Source: Candidatus Omnitrophota bacterium
GTDB taxonomy: Bacteria; Omnitrophota; Gorgyraeia; Zapsychrales; JBDRMG01
DNA: 64,000 bases
Direction of reading: 5' to 3'
Assembly: GCA_043812495.1 (NCBI GenBank)
Contig: JBDRMG010000018.1
Location: forward strand, 7,651 to 71,650
Positions within the stretch are counted from its first letter, which is position 1, and every line of letters starts with the position of its first letter. Below the pieces are notes generated by a model. The model did no database searches. It was not told the origin of the DNA and saw only the letters and a list, made by a program, of their open reading frames with translations. The position numbers and the translations under genes were made by a program. This document shows positions 39,959-50,940 of this stretch, in pieces.

Positions 39959-41185
39959 CTAGAAATATTCCTGATACCACTCTTTGACGGAATTCATCAG
40001 GCGGCCGATAGGTGTTGTGTGTTCGCCTGAAGTTAAGGCAGGCTGCAGAGATTGATCAAATCCGCTTTGAGCTAAACCCACAGCGGCCGAATAAACCGCC
40101 GGGCTGTTTAATCGATTGGCGGCGCAGTTCGTCTTTCCTAAGGCCACCGGAAGATGGACAGCTTTTTCGATGCGTTCGATCAACCCGGGAAGAAGCGAAC
40201 CACCGCCAACCATCACAACTCCTGATTCGATGGTTTCGTAAAATTTAGAGCATTTGATCGTGTTTTCGATGCAATTGACTAGTCGGGCAATCTCGGGTTC
40301 AACGGATTGGTATACGCTTTTTCGTTTGATGGGCATATATTCCGTCTCTCGCTTAACAAGAATTTCTCTATTTGGCTGGGAATCTTCATCCACAGCGGCT
40401 GCGTAGGATTTTTTGATTTCCTCAGCCAGGCCTAAAGGCAGATTCAAGGTCTTGGCTAAGCAGGCCGTCACATGGTCACCGCCTAAATGAATAACGTCCA
40501 ACTCCTTTAAGAATCCCTCTTGATAAATCAATATATCCGTTGTGCCTGAACCGATATCAATCAGCGCGCATCCTTTCTCCTTCATTTTCTTATTCAAGGA
40601 GGCTTCGCCGGCACAAAGACTCGAAAAGGCTACTTTCGCAACTTCATACCCAGCCTGATGAACAGCTTTAGCGATATTATTCACCAGGTTGGCTTTGCAA
40701 ATCATAAGAAGAAAACGTGCCCCGAGCTTGTGGCCAACCAAGCCAATAGGATTTCTGACGGCCTCATTATCATCCACGATATAGTTCTGAGAGAAGCCGT
40801 GCAGAATTTCTTCCTCGATATTAACGCCCAAAAGACAAGTCTGCTTGTTAACCTTTTTGACATCACTCGTTAAAATAATTTTGTTTCCTCGATCGACAAG
40901 AGGAATCATGGTATCAGAAAAACGGGATTCGATGAGGTGCCCGCCGATGCCAAGGTTCACATCTTTGACTTTGCATGAGGCTTTCTTCATCAATCCTTTT
41001 AAGCAATAATGAATGCAATCCGCGAGCTCTCCTAAATCATTCACCGTAGATTTACCCAGACCCCGCGTCAGGGATTCGTTAACCCCCAAAAGCTCGCAAT
41101 GGTCTTTTTTGCGGCGGATGAGACTCGCCTTAATCCGCTGAGAACCGATATCGCATCCACAAAATATTTTTTCTCCGATCATCAT
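39959..41185 (-). CDS. ftsA: Cell division protein FtsA
   Basis: DIGSQRI, IDIGSGTTD, GGDHVT, AEEIKK and VGGGS motifs; C-terminal amphipathic VKEWYQEYF. Confidence 0.88.
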   Translation of the reverse strand: MMIGEKIFCGCDIGSQRIKASLIRRKKDHCELLGVNESLTRGLGKSTVNDLGELADCIHYCLKGLMKKASCKVKDVNLGIGGHLIESRFSDTMIPLVDRGNKIILTSDVKKVNKQTCLLGVNIEEEILHGFSQNYIVDDNEAVRNPIGLVGHKLGARFLLMICKANLVNNIAKAVHQAGYEVAKVAFSSLCAGEASLNKKMKEKGCALIDIGSGTTDILIYQEGFLKELDVIHLGGDHVTACLAKTLNLPLGLAEEIKKSYAAAVDEDSQPNREILVKRETEYMPIKRKSVYQSVEPEIARLVNCIENTIKCSKFYETIESGVVMVGGGSLLPGLIERIEKAVHLPVALGKTNCAANRLNSPAVYSAAVGLAQSGFDQSLQPALTSGEHTTPIGRLMNSVKEWYQEYF

Positions 41186-41940
41186 TTTTTGCCTAAAGGT
41201 TTGGTGAACCTCACATCAATTTTATTCATCACGCTTAAGTCCTTTTGTCCTTGCGACAAAATCAGTCCGCATTGTTTAATTTTTTCAGGGATATTCTCTT
41301 GGCCGATGACAATCATGATGCCGCCTGTAAGAAACATTTCTATCTCCGTTAAACGGCCAACATCCAGTCTTTCGATGCGATAATTTGATAAGTTGGATTC
41401 GTCACGAAAAGTTTCTATAATAAAAACAGCGACACGCAAGCGGCTATCCTTAATCCTGCGGCCCACATTGAGGCTGTCTTGGTCCAGAGAAAGCCCCTCG
41501 ATGATGGGCAATACAAAGGAAGAAGCTTTTGGGTCGGATAAAACAACGAGTTCTTTATCGATGATAACGGTTTTTCCATTGATTTTGACGCGGACAAAAG
41601 GGAGGCGCTCTTTGGCTGTAACGTAAATTGTATTAGGAAAACGACGAGTGATGCGCAGCTTTGCAATGTCCGGGTAGCGCGCTTGGACTTGATTCTGTAT
41701 CTTTTGAAGATTAACGGAAAATATGCTTTTTCCTTCCAGCTCTCTCAGTTCGCGAGAAGCAATAAATTTCAATGAAGGATCGAAATCAACCTTTTGAATG
41801 GTAAAATAATCCATTTCTTTTGCCAAGCGGATGATTTTTTGCCACGCCACAAAGACCAAAAAGACGACAACAAGGCCAATGATCAACTTGGTTACAAAAG
41901 CATTCGGCATCTTGGAGGTTTTTCTATTTCTTCTTTTCAT
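41182..41940 (-). CDS. ftsQ: Cell division protein FtsQ/DivIB
   Basis: Single TM, POTRA domain with RRFPNTI..KERLP, C-terminal IDVRF; lies between ddl and ftsA. Confidence 0.85.
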   Translation of the reverse strand: MKRRNRKTSKMPNAFVTKLIIGLVVVFLVFVAWQKIIRLAKEMDYFTIQKVDFDPSLKFIASRELRELEGKSIFSVNLQKIQNQVQARYPDIAKLRITRRFPNTIYVTAKERLPFVRVKINGKTVIIDKELVVLSDPKASSFVLPIIEGLSLDQDSLNVGRRIKDSRLRVAVFIIETFRDESNLSNYRIERLDVGRLTEIEMFLTGGIMIVIGQENIPEKIKQCGLILSQGQKDLSVMNKIDVRFTKPLGKK

Positions 41941-42916
41941 GGGCTAAATCGATTAATTTTAAGCATAATTGAGTAAAACTGAAGCCTTGTATTTTTGCCG
42001 CTTTGGGCAAGAGACTTGTCGAGGTAAATCCGGGAATGGTATTGACTTCCAGAACAAATGGTTGTTGTTGTTCGTCCACCATCATATCAACCCGTGAAAA
42101 ATCCCTGCACCCCAATGCCTGATGCGCTCTTAAAGCCAGCCTTTTGAGTTGATCGCTCAAATTTTGAGGAATCTCCGCCGGGACAATATATTCGGTCATG
42201 CCCTCTTGATATTTGGCCGTAAAATCAAAGAAAGATCGTTTGGGCTTAATCTCGATGACCGGGAGAGCTTCTTCGTTCAGAATACCGACCGTCATCTCCC
42301 GTCCTTCGATCAATCGCTCCACCAAAACATCCGGACCAAATTGAAAAGCCAATTTCAAAGCTTTTCGTAGATCGCGTGAGTTGTCGGCAAAAGATATGCC
42401 TATACTGGAGCCTTCCATGGCCGGCTTAACAACAACGGGGAACTCGCGAAGCTCCTCAATCATGCTGGATATTTTTCGCTTCTGATTTTGATGCGCAACC
42501 CAGAAAGGCGCAATAGGAATCTGGTGTTTTTGGAAAATCTCCTGAGAAATAATTTTGTTGAGGGCCTGGCCACTGGCCCGAGGCCCTGAGCCGGTATAGG
42601 GAATCTTGAGGTCCTCCAAAATCGATTGGATTGTTCCGTCCTCCCCCAATTTGCCATGCAGCGCAATAAAGGCCACATTGATGCCTGATTTTCGTATCAA
42701 TGTTTTTATGGCCTGATGGTTCTTCGCACGGATATCAAGGTCACTGACCCAACAACCGCATTCTTTCAGAGCCGCAAATATCGCTTTTCCGCTTTTTAAA
42801 GATATCTCGCGTTCCGAAGAATAGCCCCCCATGAGAACGCCGATGTGGCCGATAGAAGATTGATCATCGTTCATTGATTTTTTTAAAGACGAAGCGATTT
42901 TACGTTTTGGGGGCAT
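41924..42916 (-). CDS. ddl: D-alanine--D-alanine ligase
   Basis: GGYSSEREISL, LHGKLGEDG, EGSSIG and LEVNTIPG motifs. Confidence 0.95.
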   Translation of the reverse strand: MPPKRKIASSLKKSMNDDQSSIGHIGVLMGGYSSEREISLKSGKAIFAALKECGCWVSDLDIRAKNHQAIKTLIRKSGINVAFIALHGKLGEDGTIQSILEDLKIPYTGSGPRASGQALNKIISQEIFQKHQIPIAPFWVAHQNQKRKISSMIEELREFPVVVKPAMEGSSIGISFADNSRDLRKALKLAFQFGPDVLVERLIEGREMTVGILNEEALPVIEIKPKRSFFDFTAKYQEGMTEYIVPAEIPQNLSDQLKRLALRAHQALGCRDFSRVDMMVDEQQQPFVLEVNTIPGFTSTSLLPKAAKIQGFSFTQLCLKLIDLAHEKKK

Positions 42917-44276
42917 AGACTTGATTAAACTTCTCGGCCAACTGATCCGAAATCTGATTGATATCTCCGGCTCCCAAAGTCAAAATGAGGTCACCTTCTC
43001 TGGCCATATTGAAGAGATGATCCGTTATCAGCTCTTTTCTTATGTATTCGACGGGCATTCTGTTTAATTTCTTTATTTTTTCATACAGAACTTTAGCGGA
43101 TACTCCCGGAATCGGCTTCTCGCTCGCCGCATAGATATCCGTTATGATCAGATGATCGCTCAAGCATAAAGGCTCGATAAAATCATTCAATAACAGTTTT
43201 GTTCGGCTATAGCGATGAGGCTGAAAAGCCACGATGAGTCTTTTGCGCCCAAAGGACCGGGCGGCCTTTAACGTGGCTTGGATTTCCGTCGGATGGTGAC
43301 CGTAATCATCCACCACCAGAATTCCCTGGGTATCGGCTTTGAGCTGAAAACGACGCTGAACTCCTTCGTATTTATTCAAACTCATATTGATCACATCAAA
43401 ATCGATATGAAGTGCCATCCCCAGACAAATGCACGCCAAGGCATTAAGAATATTGTGATGGCCGGGCACCCGAAGCGTCACAAACCCGATATCCTTTTGA
43501 TGATAAATGCAGCGAAAGCGGCTTGTAAATCCATCCACGCTGATATCCTTGGCATAGACATCGGCTTCTTCGCTTAAATCATAACTGGTGTACTCGCGCT
43601 TACTTTCCTTTAATAATTGCGCTAGATAGGGATCGCCCGCATAGGTAAAAATGCGGCCGTCAAAATTGGTTTGGTCGATGAATTTCCTATAGGCCTTCAA
43701 AAGCTTTTCAAATGTCCCATAATAATCCAAATGTTCCCGGTCGATATTGGTTATCACGGAGTAATACGGCGAGAAATTCAAGAAGGATCCGTCGCTTTCA
43801 TCGACTTCGGCCACAAAATAATGTCCTTTGCCCAAAGAGGCCGCATAGGTCTGGCCTTGGATAATTCCGCCGACAGCCGTCGTGGGCTCCAACCCGGCTT
43901 TGATCAGAAGATGAGATATCATGGATGTCGTTGTCGTCTTGCCATGGGCCCCGGCGACCGTAATGCATTTTTGGCCGCTGGCCAAGTTCGCCAACATCTG
44001 CGCGCGCTGAAAGAGGGTAATCTTCTTTTGTTTGGCTATTTTGATTTCCGGATTATCCGATTTTACGGCCGAGGAATAGATCACGACATCGGCATCGCCC
44101 ACATGATCCGCCTGATGCCCGATAAAGATCACAGCTCCCTTTTCTTTCAAATCATGCGTGATCTTGTTTTCTTTGACATCGGATCCCGATACGCGATGAC
44201 CTTTGGCCAGAAGCAAAGACGCGATCGCGCCCATACCGATTCCGCCGATGCCCACAAAATGAAAATGCTTACTCAT
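42900..44276 (-). CDS. murC: UDP-N-acetylmuramate--L-alanine ligase
   Basis: VGIGGIGM, GAHGKTTT, EVDESDGSF, DDYGHHPTE and FQPHRYSR motifs. Confidence 0.95.
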   Translation of the reverse strand: MSKHFHFVGIGGIGMGAIASLLLAKGHRVSGSDVKENKITHDLKEKGAVIFIGHQADHVGDADVVIYSSAVKSDNPEIKIAKQKKITLFQRAQMLANLASGQKCITVAGAHGKTTTTSMISHLLIKAGLEPTTAVGGIIQGQTYAASLGKGHYFVAEVDESDGSFLNFSPYYSVITNIDREHLDYYGTFEKLLKAYRKFIDQTNFDGRIFTYAGDPYLAQLLKESKREYTSYDLSEEADVYAKDISVDGFTSRFRCIYHQKDIGFVTLRVPGHHNILNALACICLGMALHIDFDVINMSLNKYEGVQRRFQLKADTQGILVVDDYGHHPTEIQATLKAARSFGRKRLIVAFQPHRYSRTKLLLNDFIEPLCLSDHLIITDIYAASEKPIPGVSAKVLYEKIKKLNRMPVEYIRKELITDHLFNMAREGDLILTLGAGDINQISDQLAEKFNQVYAPKT

Positions 44277-45055
44277 TGTCTTTTTAAATAATCTTTCCAC
44301 GCCTTATCCAGATCTTCAAGAGTCTCGAATCGGCCATAGGTCTTGGACAAGGCATAATCAAAACGGTTCCCCTCTTTGAGATATTTACAAAATTGAACAA
44401 AATGGTATTGCCCGAACTCTGTGATTAGATAATAAACAATGCTTGCCGCTTCCGCGTAAAATAGCTCAACATAACCCTTGGGTGTCGCGCTGTCTAATCG
44501 CTTAACCTCTGACAATTCGGGGATTGAGATAAATTCTTCACTGTCCATAGCTTCTTTAACCAGACGATTGGCACCCCAGCGTTTGGCTTTTTCCTGATAC
44601 ATAGCCACCCCTTCGTCCATCCAAATAGGGATATTGGATTTAAATCCAACAAATTCCCGAAAAATGATGTGACCGAGCTCGTGCGGTAAGGTCGAATCAA
44701 AGAATCCGTGAGCAGCAGGAAAAGTTCGTATAATTTTATCTTTAGCCTGAGCGGCCCCGTGCGACCACGTCGCCTGCTTGGCGTTCTCTATATAATTATC
44801 CATATCGTCATAAATATATATTTGGGCGCGCTGATCCCACGACCAGCTCTCGGTCCGATAGAATCCAAGATTTTTTGTGATTTCGTAATAATAATTTTCC
44901 GCTGTTTCTGCGACTGATTTAATAAAATCCTCCGGGGCCTCATCATAATAGAGGATAAAATGACTGCTACGATATTCCTTCCAATTGTCTGCGGCGCTGG
45001 CTGGATTCAATCCGAAGAGAAACAGAATCAACGTAAGCAGAAATGTCGTTTTCAT
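44273..45055 (-). CDS. Exported zinc metallopeptidase (peptidase MA-like) inside the dcw cluster
   Basis: Signal peptide ending ASA; HELGH and PIWMDEGVA; overlaps both murG and murC. Confidence 0.8.
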   Translation of the reverse strand: MKTTFLLTLILFLFGLNPASAADNWKEYRSSHFILYYDEAPEDFIKSVAETAENYYYEITKNLGFYRTESWSWDQRAQIYIYDDMDNYIENAKQATWSHGAAQAKDKIIRTFPAAHGFFDSTLPHELGHIIFREFVGFKSNIPIWMDEGVAMYQEKAKRWGANRLVKEAMDSEEFISIPELSEVKRLDSATPKGYVELFYAEAASIVYYLITEFGQYHFVQFCKYLKEGNRFDYALSKTYGRFETLEDLDKAWKDYLKRQ

Positions 45056-46122
45056 TAGGCCAATTCCCTTATGACTTTTGCAACATTCTTTGCCGCCTCG
45101 GGCAAGAAGAGTTGACGTATTTTTTGGCTTATGGCTTGCGGACGATTCCCCAACCAATGCATCACTTCTTCCATTAAAATTTTTTCCGAAAGATCCTTCT
45201 CTTCTATGACCTTAGCCAGACCTGCCTGCTTGAGAACTTTTGCATTCTCTTTTTGGTGTCCTTGCGCAAAAGGATACGGGATAATGACGGCAGGGATTTC
45301 AAAGTCAGCGATCTCCGTTATGGTCGCAGCCCCCGCCCGGGAAATCACGCAATCCGCGATTTCGTAGGCCTCTTGCACGTTATCCAAGAAGTCTGTTAAA
45401 TAATAAACAAGATTCAGCTGCTTATATCTTTCTTTTATTTTATCAAAATCCAACTTACCCGCACTATGAATCACTTGAAAATTGCACGGCGTCTTCAAGG
45501 CGCTTATTCCCTGAATAAACGTTTCATTGAGGATGGCGCACCCCTGACTTCCCCCTAAAACCATAACGGTTGGCAGGCCTTCGCGCAACTGAAATCTTCT
45601 TAAAATTTCTTGTTTTGATTTTAGGCTTCTCTGGACGTGGACCGGACATCCTGTGTGCAGGGTCTTTTCTTTGTCAAAATATTTTGTGCTCTCCTGAAAG
45701 CTGACCGCGATCTTGTCTGCGAAAACAGAAAGGCATCGATTCGCTCGGCCAGGAATGACATTCTGCTCATGAATCAGCGTCGGCAGCCGAAGAGCGACCG
45801 CACCCATCATAGGAGCAAACGCCCCATATCCTCCAAAACCTACCACAACATCCGGTCTGTGCTTCTTTAAATACTGATAAGATTTGACAATGGCGATTCC
45901 CATATAAATCATGGACTTAATCGACCGAATGGCAGAGCTAAAATGAAGGCCCTGCGCCTTAATGGTTTTGACGTCAAATCCTTCTTCTTTTATTTTTTCT
46001 TCCCAATCCTTAAGCGCCCCTATGAATTCGACGAGATGATGTTCCTTTTTTAATTCCCTTGCAACGCTTAACGCTGGGAAAATATGCCCCCCGCTAGCCC
46101 CCGTTGCCATAATAATTTTCAT
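45055..46122 (-). CDS. murG: Lipid II GlcNAc transferase MurG
   Basis: GASGGHIFP, GFGGY, HEQN, GGSQG and SRAGA motifs. Confidence 0.95.
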   Translation of the reverse strand: MKIIMATGASGGHIFPALSVARELKKEHHLVEFIGALKDWEEKIKEEGFDVKTIKAQGLHFSSAIRSIKSMIYMGIAIVKSYQYLKKHRPDVVVGFGGYGAFAPMMGAVALRLPTLIHEQNVIPGRANRCLSVFADKIAVSFQESTKYFDKEKTLHTGCPVHVQRSLKSKQEILRRFQLREGLPTVMVLGGSQGCAILNETFIQGISALKTPCNFQVIHSAGKLDFDKIKERYKQLNLVYYLTDFLDNVQEAYEIADCVISRAGAATITEIADFEIPAVIIPYPFAQGHQKENAKVLKQAGLAKVIEEKDLSEKILMEEVMHWLGNRPQAISQKIRQLFLPEAAKNVAKVIRELA

Positions 46123-47207
46123 AGTTCTTCAATCCGCGAAATATTTAAGAGCAGGCCAATGGCCGTTATGTTTACAATCAACGCCGAACCGCCGTAGCTC
46201 ACAAAGGGTAAAGGCAATCCCTTGGTCGGCAAGGCTCCGATGCTCACGCCGATATTCACAACGGCTTGCAAGCCGATCATCGCCACAATGCCGACGCTTA
46301 AGTAATATCCAAAAGGATCTTGTGTTCTTTTGGCAATTCGCGCGCCCTGCCAGATCAGGAACACAAACAACAGGATAATCGTCATCGTCCCTAAAAGACC
46401 GAGCTCTTCGCCAATGATAGAGAAAATAAAATCCGTGTGGGCCGCCGGTAAATAAAAAAGTTTTTGAAGACTTTTTCCCAGGCCGACGCCTAGCAATCCT
46501 CCGGATCCCAGGGCAATTTGCGATTGGGTCAGCTGAAAACCGATGCCCTGACTATCCTGCCAGGGATCAAGAAACGCAAGAATTCTCCTGAGCCGATAAG
46601 GAACCCGTGCAATCAAAAGGGTGATCGCCGGTATCGCCAAAAGGCAGACCAAACCCAGATGCGCTAAGTTTGTTCCGGCTACAAAAAACATGATCAATAG
46701 GATAAAGGCGATACTGAGCGAAGTCCCAAGGTCAGGCTGTTTTAATATCAATAAGCACACAACACCCAGCACGCCCATCAGTGGCATAAACCCTTGCGTC
46801 AAATCTCTGATTTTATTGCGCTTGCGGGCCAAATAATCAGCGGCATAGATAATCATGACCAATTTGGTAAATTCCGACGGCTGAAAACTAAAACTCCCGA
46901 TTCTAAACCACCGACGGGCTCCATGAATTTCACGTCCGATTCCCGGAATCAAAACCAAGACCAGCAAGGCCAGAGCCATGAGCAATAAGGGTTTTGCATA
47001 TTTTTGCAGTTCCCGGTAATCAAAAGACATCATGATGACGGCGCTCACCAGACCGATCATGACAAAAACCAGATGGCGCTTCAGAAAATAGCCGCTATCG
47101 CCTTCTTCTTGAAGCGCATACACCCCACTTGCGCTAAAAATCATCACAACGCCGATGCAGACTAACATCGACACCATGATGGCTATAGATATTCTTAAAT
47201 CGCGCAT
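46119..47207 (-). CDS. ftsW: SEDS protein FtsW
   Basis: GARRW, QPSEF, QPDLG, LPAAHTDFIF and LPFVSYGGS motifs. Confidence 0.95.
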   Translation of the reverse strand: MRDLRISIAIMVSMLVCIGVVMIFSASGVYALQEEGDSGYFLKRHLVFVMIGLVSAVIMMSFDYRELQKYAKPLLLMALALLVLVLIPGIGREIHGARRWFRIGSFSFQPSEFTKLVMIIYAADYLARKRNKIRDLTQGFMPLMGVLGVVCLLILKQPDLGTSLSIAFILLIMFFVAGTNLAHLGLVCLLAIPAITLLIARVPYRLRRILAFLDPWQDSQGIGFQLTQSQIALGSGGLLGVGLGKSLQKLFYLPAAHTDFIFSIIGEELGLLGTMTIILLFVFLIWQGARIAKRTQDPFGYYLSVGIVAMIGLQAVVNIGVSIGALPTKGLPLPFVSYGGSALIVNITAIGLLLNISRIEEL

Positions 47208-47210
47208 TGC

Positions 47211-48467
47211 TTAAAGCGCTCCGACAAGTTCTTTAAAGACCGTTCCGCGTTCTTCAAAATTTTTGAACATATCAAAGCTGGCGCACATCGGCGAAAGGAC
47301 CACCGTGTCTCCTTGGGCGGCGGCTTTTTGGGCCGCCAGGACAGCCTCCTTAAGGGAAGTGCACTCCTTCGTATTCACAACATCCCCAAATGTATTCTTT
47401 AATTTTTGTTTGGCTTCGCCAATCAAAATCATTTTTTTGACTTTTTGCGAAACCAAATCCCTTAAAGGCGCAAAATTAATATTCTTATCGCGACCGCCGC
47501 AAATCATAATGATGGGATCGGAAATACTTTCCAAGGCCCATCGACCGGATTCGGCGGTTGTGGATTTTGAATCATTAATAAAATGCACTCCCCGGATACA
47601 ACGGACATATTCCAGTCGGTGCTCGACACCGCCAAATTCCCGGACAACTTGTCGCGAAATTTTTTCATCGACCTGGAAAATACCAGCCACTTTCAAGGCT
47701 GCCAGATGATTTGGATTCTTCCCGTTTTGACCAGTGCCCGGCTCATTAAAATAAACAACCTTAGACTTGATATCTGAATGCAACGCCTGTATCAAAGGAT
47801 CCTGAAAATTGAGCACGGCAAAATCATTTTCCGTTTGGTTTTGAAAAATTCGTTTTTTGGCCTGAAAATATTCCTCGTTGTCCTTATGGCGATCCAAATG
47901 ATTCTGGCTAAAGTTCAAAAACACAGCCACAAAGGGACGAAAATCGACAATCGATTCAAGCTGGAAAGAACTCACCTCCATCACAACAATGTCCTTGGAT
48001 TCACAATCCAAGACATAGCTTGAACAAGGCGTTCCGATGTTTCCGCAGAGAATAACTTTTCGGCCCGCTCGAACGAGAATCTCCCTGATAAGGGTTGAGA
48101 CAGTGGTTTTGCCGTTACTGCCAGTAACGGCGACGATAGGGGCTTTGCAAAATCGGTAGGCGAACTCAATTTCTCCCCACACGGGAATATGTTTCTCTTT
48201 GGCCCACTGGACGCACGGAGCATCCCGTCGAACACCCGGGCTCAAAATGACATAATCGCTTTCCTGGATGAAGGCTCGGGTATGCCCGCCCCATTCAACT
48301 TGAACTTGATCTTTGTGGGGAAAATGATCCCAAAGATCTTTTTTGTCCTTTTGATCGGACTGCTCAGAAATCCGGGCTAAACCTCCCAGGCGATGAGTTA
48401 GTTGGGCAATGGCTAATCCGCTACGTGCCAAACCAATGGCCGTCACTTTTTTCCCTTTGAGATCCAT
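47211..48467 (-). CDS. murD: MurD ligase
   Basis: GLARSG, TGSNGKTT, EVSSFQL, HLDRH, NDSKST and SPMCASFD motifs. Confidence 0.95.
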   Translation of the reverse strand: MDLKGKKVTAIGLARSGLAIAQLTHRLGGLARISEQSDQKDKKDLWDHFPHKDQVQVEWGGHTRAFIQESDYVILSPGVRRDAPCVQWAKEKHIPVWGEIEFAYRFCKAPIVAVTGSNGKTTVSTLIREILVRAGRKVILCGNIGTPCSSYVLDCESKDIVVMEVSSFQLESIVDFRPFVAVFLNFSQNHLDRHKDNEEYFQAKKRIFQNQTENDFAVLNFQDPLIQALHSDIKSKVVYFNEPGTGQNGKNPNHLAALKVAGIFQVDEKISRQVVREFGGVEHRLEYVRCIRGVHFINDSKSTTAESGRWALESISDPIIMICGGRDKNINFAPLRDLVSQKVKKMILIGEAKQKLKNTFGDVVNTKECTSLKEAVLAAQKAAAQGDTVVLSPMCASFDMFKNFEERGTVFKELVGAL

Positions 48468-48477
48468 TTTTTTGTCT

Positions 48478-49569
48478 TTAGCGAATTTTCAGTGTCGTCA
48501 GGGTTAGAAGGATGAATATGATTCCGATGATCCAAAACCGTATGATAATTTTGGATTCACTCCAGCCGATCAGCTGAAGATGGTGATGTAACGGCGACAC
48601 CTTGAGAAAGCGTTTATGCCGAATTTTAATCGACAGAATCTGCAAGAGGACGGATAACACTTCGATGACAAAAATTCCTCCCAAAAGAATAAGCAAAAAT
48701 TCTTTTTTGATCAGCACCGCGATAACGCCCAGCATCCCCCCCAAGGCCAAGGATCCTACATCTCCCATAAAAATGGAAGCGGGATAACAATTGAACCACA
48801 AGAAGCCGAGACTCGCGCCGACAATCGCGGCCGAAAAAATCAATAATTCTCCTGCCCCGGACACATAGGGAATAAATAAATATTTACTAAAGTTGACGTT
48901 TCCTGTGATATAGCTCAGGGCTCCTAAACCCAGGGCCACCATGAGGACATTTCCGATGGCCAGGCCATCAAGCCCATCGGTGACATTCACGGCATTGGAC
49001 GCACTAACGATGACTAAGATCACAAAGGGAATATAAAAGATCCCAAGATCGATAACGATATTCTTAAAAAACGGAATGTCGATTTTTGTCGTCGTTGCCG
49101 GATCGAGATAAAGAATGAGCCCAACGCAAAACCCCAAAAGACATTGCCAAAAGAATTTTGTTCGCGCCCCCAGACCTCTTTTGCCTTTGCGCCGACGCGT
49201 CAATTTTATATAATCATCCGTCCAGCCCAAGAGGGCCATCCATAGACATGTCAACAACGTCAATTGCACAAAACGATTGGCTAAGTCGCACCACATCAGA
49301 ACCGAAACAATGATACTTCCTACGATAAAAACGCCGCCCATCGTCGGCGTTCCTTCCTTATAACAATGCAGCGGGTCCAGCTGAGGGCAATCGTCTCTTT
49401 TGAGGCACTCTTCTATGCGCCAGGCTTTAAATTTTTGAATCACGGCCGACCCGAATATCATGCAAAACAAAAATGTTGTCACCGCCGCCATACCGGCCCG
49501 AAAGGTGATATAGCGAAAGATGTTAAAACCAAAGAAGTAATCTCTCAATTGCGCTAAGTAATAAAACAT
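48478..49569 (-). CDS. mraY: Phospho-MurNAc-pentapeptide transferase
   Basis: KEGTPTMGG, DDYIK, NAVNVTDGLDGL, FMGDVGS and PLHHH motifs. Confidence 0.96.
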   Translation of the reverse strand: MFYYLAQLRDYFFGFNIFRYITFRAGMAAVTTFLFCMIFGSAVIQKFKAWRIEECLKRDDCPQLDPLHCYKEGTPTMGGVFIVGSIIVSVLMWCDLANRFVQLTLLTCLWMALLGWTDDYIKLTRRRKGKRGLGARTKFFWQCLLGFCVGLILYLDPATTTKIDIPFFKNIVIDLGIFYIPFVILVIVSASNAVNVTDGLDGLAIGNVLMVALGLGALSYITGNVNFSKYLFIPYVSGAGELLIFSAAIVGASLGFLWFNCYPASIFMGDVGSLALGGMLGVIAVLIKKEFLLILLGGIFVIEVLSVLLQILSIKIRHKRFLKVSPLHHHLQLIGWSESKIIIRFWIIGIIFILLTLTTLKIR

Positions 49570-49572
49570 TTC

Positions 49573-50940
49573 TTAACTCCCGTATTCGTTCTTAATCAGT
49601 GAAATCATTCTCTCCAGGCGAAGGCCGCGTGATCCTTTAATCAAAATCAAGTCGCCTCGGATCAGATATCGTTTAAGTTTCCGAAAGGCTTTTTGAACCG
49701 AAGAGTAACCATAGGCTAGCGAGGCTTTATTGGTCCTGCGAAATCCCTGAACAACCGATGATGAATATCGACCGATGGCGATCAGCATATCAGGAGCGAT
49801 TGTTCCTACGGTTTCTCCAGCCTGGCGATGCAATTTCTCTGAAGCATTTCCAAGCTCCAGCATATCCCCGCAAATAATTATTTTCCGTCCTTTGTTTCCT
49901 ATTTGGCGAAAAGTTTCCAGAGCGCTTCTTAAAGAGGTCGGATTGGAGTTATACGTATCGTCCATAATCCAAAAACCGGCGATTCGCATAAGATTTTGTC
50001 GCCCTTTTAAGAAGGAAAAACGATTTAGGGCTGTCTTGATTTCATTATAACGGATTTTAAACAAACGGCCACAACTAATCGCAGCTAATGCATTGTCAAC
50101 GTTATGGAAAGCCCTGGTCTGCAATTGAAATTTCTCATTGCGCAGTTGAAAATGGATTCTGTTATTGGCCCGCCGAACCTTTGTTGCGTGGGACTGCGCG
50201 TGAGAGCGCCATCCGTAGAAAATAAACTTATGTTTTTTCGTCATGGATGGAATCCGTCCTAAAAAAGGATCATCCGCATTCAATATCACTGTTCCGCGCT
50301 TAGGCATATACCTGATCACATCGCATTTTTCTCGAAATACTCCCGCTCGGCTTTTCAAAAACTCAAGATGCGAGTCACCGATATTGGTAATCACCGAAAC
50401 CGTCGGTTGCGTAATCTGCGTTAGCCACCGAATTTCCCCCGGATGATTCGTCCCTAATTCCAAGACGACCATTTGATGTGATTTCTTTAACTGCAAAAGG
50501 GTTCGAGGGACGCCGAGGAAATTATTTTGCGTAGCCTGGTTCTTCAAAACCCGATAACGTCGACCCAGGACAGCGGCGATCATTTCCTTGGTGGTCGTCT
50601 TCCCGTTACTGCCTGTCACGGCCACAAGCGGGATATCAAACTGCCTGCGATAATAGTAAGCGATTTGGCCAAAAGCTTTAGTCGTATCTTTGACGCGAAT
50701 GATCGGAATTTTAGTTTTTATTTTTAGAGAAGCTGCACAGACGATAAGCCCAGAGGCCTTCTTCCTAATCGCTTGCTTGAGAAACCGATGGCCGTCAAAA
50801 TATTTGCCTTTGATCGCAACAAATAGTTCTCCTTTTTTAAGTGTGCGCGAATCAATGGATATACCGCTTATCCTGGCCGTATCCGGGCCCTGGAGCAATG
50901 TTCCGCTTGTTTCTTCGATGATGTTTTTTAGGATGAACAT
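49573..50940 (-). CDS. murF: MurF ligase
   Basis: DSR, TGSNGKTTTKE, ELGTNHPGEI, DDTYNSNP, GDMLELG and KGSRG motifs. Confidence 0.95.
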   Translation of the reverse strand: MFILKNIIEETSGTLLQGPDTARISGISIDSRTLKKGELFVAIKGKYFDGHRFLKQAIRKKASGLIVCAASLKIKTKIPIIRVKDTTKAFGQIAYYYRRQFDIPLVAVTGSNGKTTTKEMIAAVLGRRYRVLKNQATQNNFLGVPRTLLQLKKSHQMVVLELGTNHPGEIRWLTQITQPTVSVITNIGDSHLEFLKSRAGVFREKCDVIRYMPKRGTVILNADDPFLGRIPSMTKKHKFIFYGWRSHAQSHATKVRRANNRIHFQLRNEKFQLQTRAFHNVDNALAAISCGRLFKIRYNEIKTALNRFSFLKGRQNLMRIAGFWIMDDTYNSNPTSLRSALETFRQIGNKGRKIIICGDMLELGNASEKLHRQAGETVGTIAPDMLIAIGRYSSSVVQGFRRTNKASLAYGYSSVQKAFRKLKRYLIRGDLILIKGSRGLRLERMISLIKNEYGS